Positions 29,192 to 39,707 of a DNA stretch of 64,000 nt are shown piece after piece. This DNA is from Candidatus Cloacimonadota bacterium. GTDB taxonomy: Bacteria > Cloacimonadota > Cloacimonadia > JGIOTU-2. The notes under the pieces were generated by a model that did not search any database, had not been told where the DNA came from, and saw nothing but the letters and a program-made list of their open reading frames with translations. Location of the stretch: NCBI GenBank assembly GCA_049903315.1, contig JBNGBT010000006.1:64001-128000 (forward strand), given 5' to 3'. The first letter of the stretch is position 1. Every line of letters begins with the position of its first letter. Made by a program: the position numbers and the translations under genes.

Positions 29192-30340
29192 TTACTTGTA
29201 TTGCTTGAGGAGATGTGATGCGATGACCATTCTCTGTATCTGGTTCGTGCCTTCGTATATCTGAGTGATCTTGGCGTCACGCATCATTTTTTCAACCGGG
29301 TATTCTTTCATGTAGCCATACCCGCCAAGTACCTGCACTGCATCAGTAGTCACTTCCATTGCTATGTCCGATGCAAAGGTTTTGCACATTGCGGATTCCA
29401 TGCTGAATTTCTTTTCGCCGGAATCGATCATTCGGGCTGTGGCATAGATCAGCGCACGTGCAGCTTCGACCTTGATTGCCATGTCTGCGAGCATAAATTG
29501 GACTGCCTGAAAAGACGAGATCGGATTACCGAATTGGTGGCGTTCATGAGAATATTTTACTGCTTCTTCCATGGCGCCTTGAGCAATACCAAGCGCTTGT
29601 GAGGCAACCATGGGGCGTGATTTATCGAGGGTTTTCATGGCGATCATGAAGCCCATGCCTTCTCTGCCGATAAGATTTTCTGCCGGGACTTTCACATCTT
29701 CAAATATGAGTTCTCTTGTACAGGATGCACGAATACCCATTTTCTTTTCTTTTTTCCCGAAACTGAATCCATCTGTTCCTTTCTCCACAATAAAAGCGGA
29801 AGCGCCGCGAGCGCCTTTGGATTTGTCGGTCAAGGCAAATACTGTGTAAATATCCGCTTCTCCGCCGTTGGTTATCCATTGCTTTGTGCCGTTCAATATA
29901 TAATGATCTCCGTCTTTCACTGCAGTGGTTTTGACACCGCCTGCATCGGAACCGGCATTTGCTTCTGTCAATGCAAAAGCTGCCAACTTTGCTCCGTCTG
30001 CGATTGAGGGGAGATATTTTTGTTTTTGTTCTTCGTTGCCGCTGAGAAGGATCGGGTACATGCCGAGACCTGTTCCTCCGAGTGCGAGGGCAATGCCGCT
30101 ATCCACACGGCTCAGTTCTTCCATCATGACCACAAGATCCATGACCTTGCCGCCGAGTCCTTCATACTCCTCTGGCAGCATAACCCGGAAGAGATCGGTT
30201 TGTGCCATATGCTTGACTATATCCCAGGGGAAGATTCCCTCTTCATCATATTTTTCTCGTACTGGTTTCATCTTTTCTTCAGCAAGTTGACGGGCAAGTG
30301 CCTTTATTTCCTGCTGTTCTTCGGTTAAGAAGTATTCCAT
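29192..30340 (-). CDS. Acyl-CoA dehydrogenase (butyryl-CoA dehydrogenase-like)
   Basis: FALTEANAGSD, NGTKQWITNG, KMGIRAS, GGYGY, QIYEGTNQIQR. Confidence 0.92.
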   Translation of the reverse strand: MEYFLTEEQQEIKALARQLAEEKMKPVREKYDEEGIFPWDIVKHMAQTDLFRVMLPEEYEGLGGKVMDLVVMMEELSRVDSGIALALGGTGLGMYPILLSGNEEQKQKYLPSIADGAKLAAFALTEANAGSDAGGVKTTAVKDGDHYILNGTKQWITNGGEADIYTVFALTDKSKGARGASAFIVEKGTDGFSFGKKEKKMGIRASCTRELIFEDVKVPAENLIGREGMGFMIAMKTLDKSRPMVASQALGIAQGAMEEAVKYSHERHQFGNPISSFQAVQFMLADMAIKVEAARALIYATARMIDSGEKKFSMESAMCKTFASDIAMEVTTDAVQVLGGYGYMKEYPVEKMMRDAKITQIYEGTNQIQRMVIASHLLKQYK

Positions 30341-30504
30341 AGAACCTCCGGAATTTTGGATTTTTACCTAAATGAAATCGGCGTTAAAATAGTCAAGTTA
30401 TACGGTTTGGAGTAGTTGTGAGATAAAAAAATCAATACTAACCACAGAGAACACAGGGAGGAGAAAATTTCAAACTAATTCTAGGTGCTCTATTAATGAA
30501 GGAT

Positions 30505-31914
30505 TTATTTTATCAGCATCAACTTTTTGATTGTATAAGTATTTTCTGTAGCGAATTTACAGAAGTACATACCCGAGGATAAGCCTTCCGCATCCCACTT
30601 TGCTGAGGAGTGGTCATTGTTTATTGATAATTCTTCTATCTTTTGCCCTTTAATATTGTAAATCTCGATCGTAGCTTCTCGAATGTTGTATGGTAATGAA
30701 TAGCTGATAACTGTCGATGTGCTGAAAGGATTTGGAGAATTGTTCAATCTGATTGTCGTATGTTCATCTTCATCAATTGCATTTGGATCTTTCACATAAA
30801 TATAATTCTCTCGCAAGAATTCATCTGATCCATCCGTGTTATAAACAGTAAGTTTCACAGAATAATATCCCGTATCCTGATATGTATATTCCGGTTCTTC
30901 TTCATAAGAATCTATAACTCCATCATTATCAAAATCCCACTCATAATTTTGAATACTTCCGATAGAATAATTGCAAAATTGAGCATTAAGTGGAGGAGTT
31001 CCTTCATTAGTAGTTGTCGAGAAATTAGCTAATAAAGGCTCTTCTCCTTTAGAAAAGGGATGAAAAACCTCAAAAGTAATACCATAATCTATACTATAAA
31101 AGATGTATGTATGCATATTTTCTCCCATCATATTAATAAAGGTTAACATCATATAACATTCACCTTCTTGTCTTCCTCCAACTAAACCAAAACTATCAAA
31201 ATCAAAAAAATTAAATTCATTTTTCTTTAACCATGTATAACAATAATCAGTAGAATAAAAAAGATTAAAATATGAATCAATGATAAAAGTTTCACCTTCT
31301 AGAACACCCCTACTAATGCCAAAACCGTTTGCCTGATTATAATTTAGTACTTTATGTATGCTAAGATTTTCAAATTTATCATAAGTGATTAAAAGATAAA
31401 TTGAATCTGGAATACTTGTTACATTTACAGTAGCATACCCCATACCATCTTTATTGTCAATTTCGACTCCTTTTAGGTTTCCAAAAAATCCATTATAAGT
31501 ATGTTGAATAAAATTAATTCCATAATTTTCACTATGCGAAACAATTGCATTATATATTTCACCCTCAATCACTCCACTATTGCAGCCTATATAAATCCCG
31601 CTGCTTCTAAAGATCCAGCTTCCATATTGCCCATAATTATTAGAATAAAATAAGTTTTCGGGCATTGCAAAGTAATAAAGGACCCCTTGTTTTTTATCCG
31701 CACAAATACTCATCGCATTTACTGTGCTGTCCATACACACCGCAGTATTGCCAAAATCGGTAGAGTGATAAATACCTTCGCCGGTCATGGTTGGTCCTAC
31801 GAAATATATCTCTCCTATGTCGGGTCCTCGGGTAATGTGGTAGTCTGCAAAGGCAAGAGAAGTGGTAATACACACTAATAATATAAAAAACAGAATAATA
31901 TTTTTCATTTTCAT
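30505..31914 (-). CDS. Secreted protein with Asp-box-like repeats, PKD domain and T9SS CTD
   Basis: Signal peptide; STDFG, STDYC and SIDYG repeats; PKD (WDFDNDG...YSVKLTV); CTD NSPNPFSTST...IYNIKGQ...SSGMYF...KKLMLIK. Confidence 0.85.
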   Translation of the reverse strand: MKMKNIILFFILLVCITTSLAFADYHITRGPDIGEIYFVGPTMTGEGIYHSTDFGNTAVCMDSTVNAMSICADKKQGVLYYFAMPENLFYSNNYGQYGSWIFRSSGIYIGCNSGVIEGEIYNAIVSHSENYGINFIQHTYNGFFGNLKGVEIDNKDGMGYATVNVTSIPDSIYLLITYDKFENLSIHKVLNYNQANGFGISRGVLEGETFIIDSYFNLFYSTDYCYTWLKKNEFNFFDFDSFGLVGGRQEGECYMMLTFINMMGENMHTYIFYSIDYGITFEVFHPFSKGEEPLLANFSTTTNEGTPPLNAQFCNYSIGSIQNYEWDFDNDGVIDSYEEEPEYTYQDTGYYSVKLTVYNTDGSDEFLRENYIYVKDPNAIDEDEHTTIRLNNSPNPFSTSTVISYSLPYNIREATIEIYNIKGQKIEELSINNDHSSAKWDAEGLSSGMYFCKFATENTYTIKKLMLIK

Positions 31915-32107
31915 AAACTCCTATTATAGACTTCTGAAAATACAATTTGCTTTGTCAAATTTTATATATCTTTCATTCTGTTTTGAGAAAAAGTAATTTT
32001 AAAACGAAAATCCCCCAAAATTATTGTTTTTATTGACATCTAAATTTTTAAGAATCAGCTTTTTGAGTAAATGAATCGAGAATAGAAAAAATTCAAGGAG
32101 AAACAAT

Positions 32108-33544
32108 ATGGATAAAAGCTCTCACAAATTAGGTTTATTTAAACTCATTATGATAACGCTTGCGTTCATTATGAGTATTAGAAATCTTCCAATGCTTGCA
32201 GAAACGGGCTGGGCGCAGATCTTTTATATGGTGGTGGCAGCGCTCATTTTCCTTATACCGACTGCACTCATTTCTGCCGAGCTTGCAACCGGGTGGCCCT
32301 CTGCGGGCGGTGTGTATAAATGGATCAAGCTTGCTTTTGGTGACAGGGCTGCGTTCATCGGCTCGTGGATGCTCTGGGTGCAGATGTTTTTCGGCATGGT
32401 CATGATCGGGTCATTCATTGCAGCGATGCTCGCCTTTGTTTTTAAACCTGCACTGGCGAACAATAATATTTATATTGCAGTGGTCACGATTGTAATTTAT
32501 TGGATCGCAACACTACTCAACCTGAAAGGATTGAAATCCGGCAGTTTGATAAGTTCGGTCGGCTTTCTTGTCGGTGTGCTCATTCCATTCATTCTTATAC
32601 TTGGATTCGGATTAAACTATTTTCTCGGCAGTAATCCGATCCAGCTTCCAAAATTTTCCTGGGCGCAGGCATTTCCAAATTTTTCAAGTATAAGGAACCT
32701 TGCCTTCTTTGTGGGAATAATATTTCTCTATTCGGGAATGGAGGTGTCATCTGTTCATGCAAATGAAGTGAATAATCCACAAAAGAATTATCCCCTTGCA
32801 ATGCTTATCGCAGCGATTCTTATCATGGCAATGAACATATTCGGCGCTTTGGCAATTGAGATTGCTGTTCCAAAAGATTCAATAAATCTAGCAGGTGGTG
32901 TAATGCAAACTTTTACTGTTTTTTTTAATCAACATAATGTGAGCTGGCTCATTCCAATTGTTGCATTCATGGCTGCGATCGGTGCGTTCGGACAGCTCAG
33001 CACGTGGGTGCTTGGACCGTCCACCGCAATGCTGCAGGTTGCCAAAAACGGCTTTATGCCAAGATGGTGGCAGAAGACGAACAGCTCAGGTGTGCCGATC
33101 CGTTTCGTGCTTGTACAGGCAACGATGATCTCACTGGTCGCACTGATCTATGTGGTTGTTCCCGCGGTAAATACCGGCTTTTTCATGGTGCTGATCCTCA
33201 CGACTGTGCTTTATGCAGTAATGTATCTACTGCTCTTTGCATCGGGCATCAAACTGAGATACAAATATCCTGATGTGAAACGTACGTATAGAGTTCCTGG
33301 CGGAAACATCGGTATGTGGATTGTTGGCGGACTGGGATTTCTTGCAATGCTCTTTGTAATTCTCATCAGTTTCTTCCCGCCCTCGAATCTTAAAATTGGA
33401 AGCCCGACTTTTTATGTGCTTTTCATGGTACTCGGACTGCTCATATTCGTATCCCTGCCAATCATAATCTATGCACGCAGAAAGCCGGAATGGAAAGAAA
33501 TAACACAAGATAATAATGAAAAAAAAGGAGAATCAAATGGATAA
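32108..33544 (+). CDS. APC-family amino acid/amine antiporter (GadC/TyrP-like)
   Basis: About 12 TM; SAELATGWP, GGVYKW, GMEVS, NPQKNYP; overlaps the decarboxylase start. Confidence 0.85.
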   Translation: MDKSSHKLGLFKLIMITLAFIMSIRNLPMLAETGWAQIFYMVVAALIFLIPTALISAELATGWPSAGGVYKWIKLAFGDRAAFIGSWMLWVQMFFGMVMIGSFIAAMLAFVFKPALANNNIYIAVVTIVIYWIATLLNLKGLKSGSLISSVGFLVGVLIPFILILGFGLNYFLGSNPIQLPKFSWAQAFPNFSSIRNLAFFVGIIFLYSGMEVSSVHANEVNNPQKNYPLAMLIAAILIMAMNIFGALAIEIAVPKDSINLAGGVMQTFTVFFNQHNVSWLIPIVAFMAAIGAFGQLSTWVLGPSTAMLQVAKNGFMPRWWQKTNSSGVPIRFVLVQATMISLVALIYVVVPAVNTGFFMVLILTTVLYAVMYLLLFASGIKLRYKYPDVKRTYRVPGGNIGMWIVGGLGFLAMLFVILISFFPPSNLKIGSPTFYVLFMVLGLLIFVSLPIIIYARRKPEWKEITQDNNEKKGESNG

Positions 33545-35390
33545 GATAGATATTAACGGATTGTTTTTAGGACCAAAATCCGAGAACGGCAAATTCTTTA
33601 AAGAAAAGGTTCTCGATGTGATAAATGAACACCTTTTCTGGAGAAAGGATTTTCATCCGGAAGATGATCCTGTTATCTCATTACATGAAAAGGACCAGAA
33701 GGATTTCAGACTCACTGAGGAGAAGGTGCACCAGGTGATCGATACGGTGTGTGCAAAACTTAAAGAGACGTCAATGCCCTGGCATTCGCCGCGCTATCTC
33801 GGGCATATGAATGCAGATATTCTCATGCCTGCAATGATCGGTTACATCGCCGCAATGCTGTACAATCCGAACAACGTTGCATATGAAGCTTCCACTGCAA
33901 CGTCACCCATGGAACTGGAATGCGGATATGATTTTGCAGATCTCATGGGTTATGACCGTGAAAAAGCGTGGGGGCATATCTGTACAGATGGCAGTGTTGC
34001 AAACCTTGAAGCGATATGGTATGCCAGAAATCTTACGTCGATACCTTTTGCAATCAAAGAATTGCGTCCGAAACTGGTTGAAGGAAAATCAGACTGGCAG
34101 CTTGCAAATATGACTGTCGAGCAGATTCTCGATCTATCGGAAAACGTAAAAGATATCTGGGATGAGATCAGGGATAAATCTGTTCGAGGTACAGGCATCG
34201 TTCAGAAACAGCTTGGTAAATGGATCGTTCCGCAGACAAAACATTATTCATGGGTGAAAGCCGGTGAAATTATCGGACTCGGTCTGAATAATGTTATCTC
34301 CATCCAGGTTGATGAACATTACAGAATGGACATCGATGTGCTTAAAAAAACAATCGATGACCTTGTGAGTAAGGAAATTCCAATACTCGGGGTAGTATCT
34401 GTAGTTGGCAGCACAGAAGAAGGGGCAGTTGATCATGTCGATCAGGTCGTTGCCCTTAGAAAGGAACTGGAAAAGAAAGGAATCTCTTTCTATCTGCATA
34501 TCGATGCTGCCTATGGCGGGTATGCCCGTTCGATCTTCCTTGATGAGAATTTCAAATTTATCCCGTATGATGAACTGAGACTCCGCTTGCACAAAGACGG
34601 CATTATCAATAAGGATGAGATCGACTGGCCAAGCAAGGATGTGTACAATGCATTCAAGGCGATCGAAGAATCCGATTCTGTCACGATCGATCCGCACAAG
34701 ATGGGTTATGTACCCTACGCAGCCGGAGGTATCACAATAAAAGATAGAAGAATGACCGATGCAATTTCCTACTTTGCCGCGTATACCTTTGAGAAAGGAA
34801 CCAATGTTCCCGCATTACTTGGAAGTTATATCCTGGAAGGTTCTAAAGCCGGCGCAACCGCAGCAGCGGTGTGGGTAGCTCATAGAGTTTTACCTTTGAA
34901 CATAACAGGTTATGGCAGACTCATCGGTGCAAGCATCGAAGGAGCACAGAGATTCTATAACCATATCCAGAAGAACAAGATCCTGAACATAAACGGGACA
35001 GAAGTAAAGATGGATACTCTCACAAAACCGGATTTCAATATGGTTGATTTTGCATTCAATATCGAAGGCAACAAAGACCTGAAGAAGATGAATGAGCTCA
35101 ATTTCCAGATTTACGATCTCAGTTCTTATGTAGCAGGACCGGTGTACAAAAATGACTTCATCACCTCGCATACAGAATTTACATATGCTGATTACGGTGA
35201 TGCGCCCGTTGGCATTGCAGATCGGTTAGGGATTGCTAAATCTGAATGGGATAAAGTGCATAGTTTCCGTTTGATGCGTGCATGTGTACTAACGCCATAT
35301 TTCATGATAGATAAAGTAGTTGAACACTATTGGGAAACGTATCTTGACAGTATGAAGAGAAAATTGGTAGAGATACTTCCTACACTATAG
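33537..35390 (+). CDS. tyrDC: Group II PLP-dependent decarboxylase, tyrosine decarboxylase-like
   Basis: PWHSPRYLGHMN, NNVAYE, GSVANLEAIWYARN, KHYSW, GSTEEGAVD, HIDAAYGGY, TIDPHKMGY (PLP lysine), LEGSKAGA. AAGGAG RBS before ATG 33537. Confidence 0.8.
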   Translation: MDKIDINGLFLGPKSENGKFFKEKVLDVINEHLFWRKDFHPEDDPVISLHEKDQKDFRLTEEKVHQVIDTVCAKLKETSMPWHSPRYLGHMNADILMPAMIGYIAAMLYNPNNVAYEASTATSPMELECGYDFADLMGYDREKAWGHICTDGSVANLEAIWYARNLTSIPFAIKELRPKLVEGKSDWQLANMTVEQILDLSENVKDIWDEIRDKSVRGTGIVQKQLGKWIVPQTKHYSWVKAGEIIGLGLNNVISIQVDEHYRMDIDVLKKTIDDLVSKEIPILGVVSVVGSTEEGAVDHVDQVVALRKELEKKGISFYLHIDAAYGGYARSIFLDENFKFIPYDELRLRLHKDGIINKDEIDWPSKDVYNAFKAIEESDSVTIDPHKMGYVPYAAGGITIKDRRMTDAISYFAAYTFEKGTNVPALLGSYILEGSKAGATAAAVWVAHRVLPLNITGYGRLIGASIEGAQRFYNHIQKNKILNINGTEVKMDTLTKPDFNMVDFAFNIEGNKDLKKMNELNFQIYDLSSYVAGPVYKNDFITSHTEFTYADYGDAPVGIADRLGIAKSEWDKVHSFRLMRACVLTPYFMIDKVVEHYWETYLDSMKRKLVEILPTL

Positions 35391-35428
35391 ATAGTTTTCA
35401 CGCTTAGAATACGTCAAGATAGGATAAA

Positions 35429-36151
35429 ATGAAAAGCATTGTATACCTCATTTCTAAAAAACTTAAAAATTTTGATGATTGTTTGGATTTTCTAAAAAGG
35501 AAATCGATATCAAAAGCTATACTACATCTATATAGTTATGAAGTTGTCAGAAGAAAAAAGTTAAGAACTGAACTTCTCATACGTATTGAATTCCAGGTGG
35601 ATGATAATTTCTATGTTTTTGAAAAGATCTGTGGTGGTTTTTTTCATATCTATCCAGAAAGTAACAAACAAAAACAGATACAGTCGGCAAATCGAACATT
35701 GCTGCAAATGCTTGAGAAATTAACAGTTCTTAATATCGAATTAGTGAATAGTCACCTCCGATTTAAATATAAACCCAATTCGGAGAATCAGTTTCTCCAT
35801 GAAGTGAATCCCTATGAAAGATTTACGAATACTGATCTGATTTTACGAGATCAACTCGCAATCGATCGAACGATCCTTGCAAATGAGCGAACTTTTTTTG
35901 CCTATGCAAGAACGAGTCTTGCTCTCATGCTTACTGGTGGTGGCGTTATTAAATTCTTTGGCTCACTGCTGTTGTGGATTATCGGAGTAGTGCTGATTGG
36001 CCTTGGCTTGATCGTAATAACGGTCGGTGTTTGGAGAACGATCGCTATGTCCAGAAAAATTAATACTGCCAGCAGAAATGTAAAATCTGAGCAACATATA
36101 GAAGATACTGATTCAAAAAGTAAAGAGGAGAATGAACTGGAAAGTTCGTGA
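35429..36151 (+). CDS. DUF202 (YidH-like) membrane protein with N-terminal soluble extension
   Basis: LRDQLAIDRTILANERTFFAYARTSLA followed by TM helices. Confidence 0.7.
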   Translation: MKSIVYLISKKLKNFDDCLDFLKRKSISKAILHLYSYEVVRRKKLRTELLIRIEFQVDDNFYVFEKICGGFFHIYPESNKQKQIQSANRTLLQMLEKLTVLNIELVNSHLRFKYKPNSENQFLHEVNPYERFTNTDLILRDQLAIDRTILANERTFFAYARTSLALMLTGGGVIKFFGSLLLWIIGVVLIGLGLIVITVGVWRTIAMSRKINTASRNVKSEQHIEDTDSKSKEENELESS

Positions 36152-36186
36152 AACTGTGTAGTATGTGTATATAAGAATAATTAATA

Positions 36187-37533
36187 ATGGAACAAAGTAG
36201 ATCTGGAATTATATACACGCTGAATCAAAGACCACCTTTGGTAGAAGCGATTTTTGCAGCTTTGCAGCATTTCCTGGCGATCTTCATTCCCATCATTACG
36301 CCAACACTGATTATCGGAAATCTGCTGGATCTTCAAGCAGAAGTACCGTATCTTATCTCAATGGCTTTGATAGTATCGGGTATTGCGACATTTATTCAAG
36401 TAAAGAAAGTTGGTCCTATCGGCTCAGGACTTCTTAGCATACAGGGAACGAGTTTTGCTTTTTTAGCTCCATTAGTCGCAGCCGGCTTGATCCTCAAAGA
36501 ACGAGGTGCAACTTCTCATCAAATACTCGGAACGATTTTCGCACTTTGTTTTCTTGGTTCATTCATTGAGATGATCTCCAGCAGATTTCTCCATTTCCTC
36601 AAAAAGATCATTACTCCAATTGTAACCGGAACTGTGGTTACGCTGATCGGATTGAGTCTGATCAAAGTTGCTGTGATTGATATGGGCGGAGGAAGTGCTT
36701 TGCTGAAAGGTGGTTCGGGACAGTTTGGAAATCTCACAAATCTTATTCTTGCTGGTGTGACCATCATTGTTATTGTTCTGTGCAATGCGAGTAAATCCCA
36801 GATTTTACGCATGACATCGATAGTGATCGGGCTTGTGTGCGGGTTTATTCTCTCTCTTTTTCTTGTTGAGATTGACTTTAGTAGTATCCATGCTTTACCT
36901 GTTGTGAGCGTACCAGTTCCTTTTAAGTTTGGATTTCATCTTGATTTGGAGTTTTTTATTCCCATTGCTATTATTTATCTCATAACAACAATTGAATCAA
37001 TCGGAGACTTGACTGCAACGTCGGTAGTGTCGGGGGAACCAATAAAAGGTGATCTGTATATTAAACGAATCAAGGGAGGTGTGCTTGGAGATGGATTTAA
37101 TTCTATGCTTGCATCTACGTTAAATACCTTTCCTAATACAACCTTCAGTCAGAACAATGGTGTGATACAACTTACTGGTGTTGCCAGTAGATATGTTGGC
37201 ATGATAGTCGCATTATTCCTTTTTGTGTTCGGATTATTTCCAATTGTGGGAGGTGTGCTGAGATTAATTCCAAGTTCTGTAATTGGAGCAGCAACCTTGA
37301 TCATGTTCGGATCAGTAGCTGCAGCTGGAATAAAGATTATTTCGACCACAAAACTCGACAGACGTTCCTTTCTTATTCTTGCAGTCTCGTTCGGACTTGG
37401 GTTGGGAGTGCAGTTCGTACCGCAGATATTACAGAATATGCCACAGATCATTCAAAATATTTTTGGTTCTCCGATTTCAACTGGCGGATTGACAGCAATT
37501 ATCCTCAATATTATATTGCCAAGAGCTCAATAA
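36187..37533 (+). CDS. NCS2 nucleobase:cation symporter (xanthine/uracil permease)
   Basis: ALQHFLA, QGTSFAF, ESIGD, TTFSQNNGVIQLTGVASR signature. Confidence 0.92.
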   Translation: MEQSRSGIIYTLNQRPPLVEAIFAALQHFLAIFIPIITPTLIIGNLLDLQAEVPYLISMALIVSGIATFIQVKKVGPIGSGLLSIQGTSFAFLAPLVAAGLILKERGATSHQILGTIFALCFLGSFIEMISSRFLHFLKKIITPIVTGTVVTLIGLSLIKVAVIDMGGGSALLKGGSGQFGNLTNLILAGVTIIVIVLCNASKSQILRMTSIVIGLVCGFILSLFLVEIDFSSIHALPVVSVPVPFKFGFHLDLEFFIPIAIIYLITTIESIGDLTATSVVSGEPIKGDLYIKRIKGGVLGDGFNSMLASTLNTFPNTTFSQNNGVIQLTGVASRYVGMIVALFLFVFGLFPIVGGVLRLIPSSVIGAATLIMFGSVAAAGIKIISTTKLDRRSFLILAVSFGLGLGVQFVPQILQNMPQIIQNIFGSPISTGGLTAIILNIILPRAQ

Positions 37534-37623
37534 CTTGAGTCTAACGATATTCCATTCTGAATGTTCATCTCTACAGAACAATTGTAGGATTTAACCGAAC
37601 AAAAGTGCGATTATCTTTTTTTC

Positions 37624-38658
37624 GGCTTAATGGTAAAAAAATGAGGCTAAAAGCGTTGTAATTAGCTGGATGTTTGCGAGATAGCTATACTTTCTTATTC
37701 TATAGATAAAAAGATGACAAAAAAAATGTCCTCGATGTGGTTCACGGCACACGAAGAGGAATGGAAAGAAACTCAACAGACAGAGCTATAAATGCAATGA
37801 ATGTTCGTATCAATTTTTAGGTGCACGAAGGAGAACCACAGAGCTTTCGGAGAAGATATTTTTAGATTATACAGATGGAAAGCAAAGTTATAAGCAATTA
37901 TCTCAGAAGTATCATATATCCATCAAAACCATTCGATCAAAGCTACAAAAATATCAGGTTGTTTGTCCTGAATATGAACCCAGCGAGACTGTCATTATCA
38001 TGGACACAACGTATTTTAGACGAGATTTTGGGGTTATGGTTTTTCGCGATGCCTATCAAAGAAGGAACCTACATTGGACTTTCGTAAATTATGAAACCGT
38101 TAAGTTATATGGAGAAGGAGTCAGGTATTTACAATCAAAAGGCTGGGATATCAAAGCATTGGTCTGTGATGGCAGAAGAGGCTTATTTAAAGCCTTTTCC
38201 AGATGTCATGTGCAAATGTGTCACTTCCATCAATGTGCTATTATTAGACGCTATTTAACACAAAATCCACGCTTAGAAGCTAACATCGAGTTGAAGGAGT
38301 TATCATCACTATTGACTTCTATAGATAAGAGTTTTTGGCAAAACCTATTAGAAAAGTGGTATCAAAAGTGGAGTGATTATCTGAAAGAAAAAACAATCGA
38401 TCCCGTAACAGGAAAAGGGCATTATACTCATAGAAGATTAAGAAGTGCATACCGAAGTTTGAAAACAAATACACCCTACCTTTTTACTTATCAAGACTAC
38501 CCAGAACTGAATATCCCCAACACGACTAATTCATTGGATGGATCTTTCAATGATCTGAAATCAAAATTAAGAAATCATGCTGGATTAAAAGATAAAATGA
38601 AAATCAAATTGATTAAGCATTTCTTAGCTAAATAGCCTCATTTTTTTACCATTAAGCC
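37624..38658 (+). mobile_element. Insertion sequence, 1035 bp, IS256-like variant Zn-binding type
   Basis: Perfect 26-bp terminal inverted repeats GGCTTAATGGTAAAAAAATGAGGCTA (37624-37649 and 38633-38658); flanks TTTTTTTC / TTTTTTTA (imperfect possible target duplication). Confidence 0.88.
37714..38635 (+). CDS. Transposase; ATG is out of frame with the body across an A8 run
   Basis: From 37718 the frame reads QKKCPRCGS...YKCNEC (Zn ribbon), HTH, then MDTTYF, VCDG, QMCHFHQ, NTTNSLDG; the stop lies inside the right IR. Confidence 0.8.
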
Positions 38659-38678
38659 TTTTTTTATTTATAGTAAAC

Positions 38679-39707
38679 TTACTTGTAATACTTTCTTGTA
38701 AATCCAGTGATCCACTGTCCCTTTTTTACAAACAAGGATTTTATCAAACCAGTAATCAGTCCCGCTCCATAAGCAATAACCTGAGTGAGTAATGTGATGA
38801 TGGAGAGAAGTCCAACGAAAAAAGATTTATTTTTCATTGCAGATTGTATACACGCAAAGACAAGTATAAGAACAAGCAGCGCACTTTCACCAAGAAATAT
38901 CCTAACAAAGAACGGAAGGAAGAAAGTAAGGATAAGTGAAATTATAAATCCAATAAGTGCGATTGCAGGCAGGAAATGGATTGGTTTCAGCATTTTATGA
39001 TCAATTCTGCCGAGGTTGATACGAGTCACTCCCCAGTTGAAAATCTGTTTGAAGAATTTCTTTAGATTGGTTCTTCTTTTATGATACACTTTTACATCAT
39101 CAAAATAAGCAACTTTGAATCCGGAAGTATAAATTCTGTTTGAGAATTCCATGTCCTGTCCATGCCTGAGAGCATTCATTCCGCCAATCTTTTTGAAAAC
39201 CCCTCTTTTAATTCCCATATTGAAACTTCTCGGGTAGTACTTTGTGAGTTGCTTTCCCTTTGATCCCCGTGTGCCGCCCGTACCGATAAAAGAGGTCATC
39301 GAGTAATTTACAGCTTTTAGGAATGGTGAAAAATCTTTATGTGATGTGTCAGGTCCACCAAAGGCATCGAGATTTTCATTCTCAAGATGACGAGTGAGAT
39401 TATCAATATAATCTTCAGGAACAGTACAATCAGAGTCGATAAAAACAAGTAAATCTCCTTTTGCATTTTCCATACCAAGATTACGTGCTGCGCCGGGACC
39501 TTTATTCTGTTGAAATAAATACTTAAGATCAAGGTTATTTTTATGATTTTCAACAATTGCTTTTGTGGTATCTGTCGAGCCGTCATCGACAACTATAACT
39601 TCAAAATTTATCAAAGTTTGTTTTTCGAAAGAGGACAGGAATTCATCGATTTCATCAGCCCGATTATAAGCAGGAACGATGATAGAGATCAACGGAGAAT
39701 GGGACAT
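38679..39707 (-). CDS. Glycosyltransferase family 2
   Basis: SIIVPAYNR, VVDDGSTD, GPGAARN, FIDSD. Confidence 0.9.
   Translation of the reverse strand: MSHSPLISIIVPAYNRADEIDEFLSSFEKQTLINFEVIVVDDGSTDTTKAIVENHKNNLDLKYLFQQNKGPGAARNLGMENAKGDLLVFIDSDCTVPEDYIDNLTRHLENENLDAFGGPDTSHKDFSPFLKAVNYSMTSFIGTGGTRGSKGKQLTKYYPRSFNMGIKRGVFKKIGGMNALRHGQDMEFSNRIYTSGFKVAYFDDVKVYHKRRTNLKKFFKQIFNWGVTRINLGRIDHKMLKPIHFLPAIALIGFIISLILTFFLPFFVRIFLGESALLVLILVFACIQSAMKNKSFFVGLLSIITLLTQVIAYGAGLITGLIKSLFVKKGQWITGFTRKYYK

Noticed and set aside
30440..30458. AACCACAGAGAACACAGGG, resembling repeats I recall flanking GxxExxY genes
   Set aside because: Only two short units, with no partner arm and no gene remnant; too weak to call.
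37875..38087. 70-aa ORF as a second IS gene
   Set aside because: The transposase frame is continuous from 37718 to 38635; this is an off-frame by-product.
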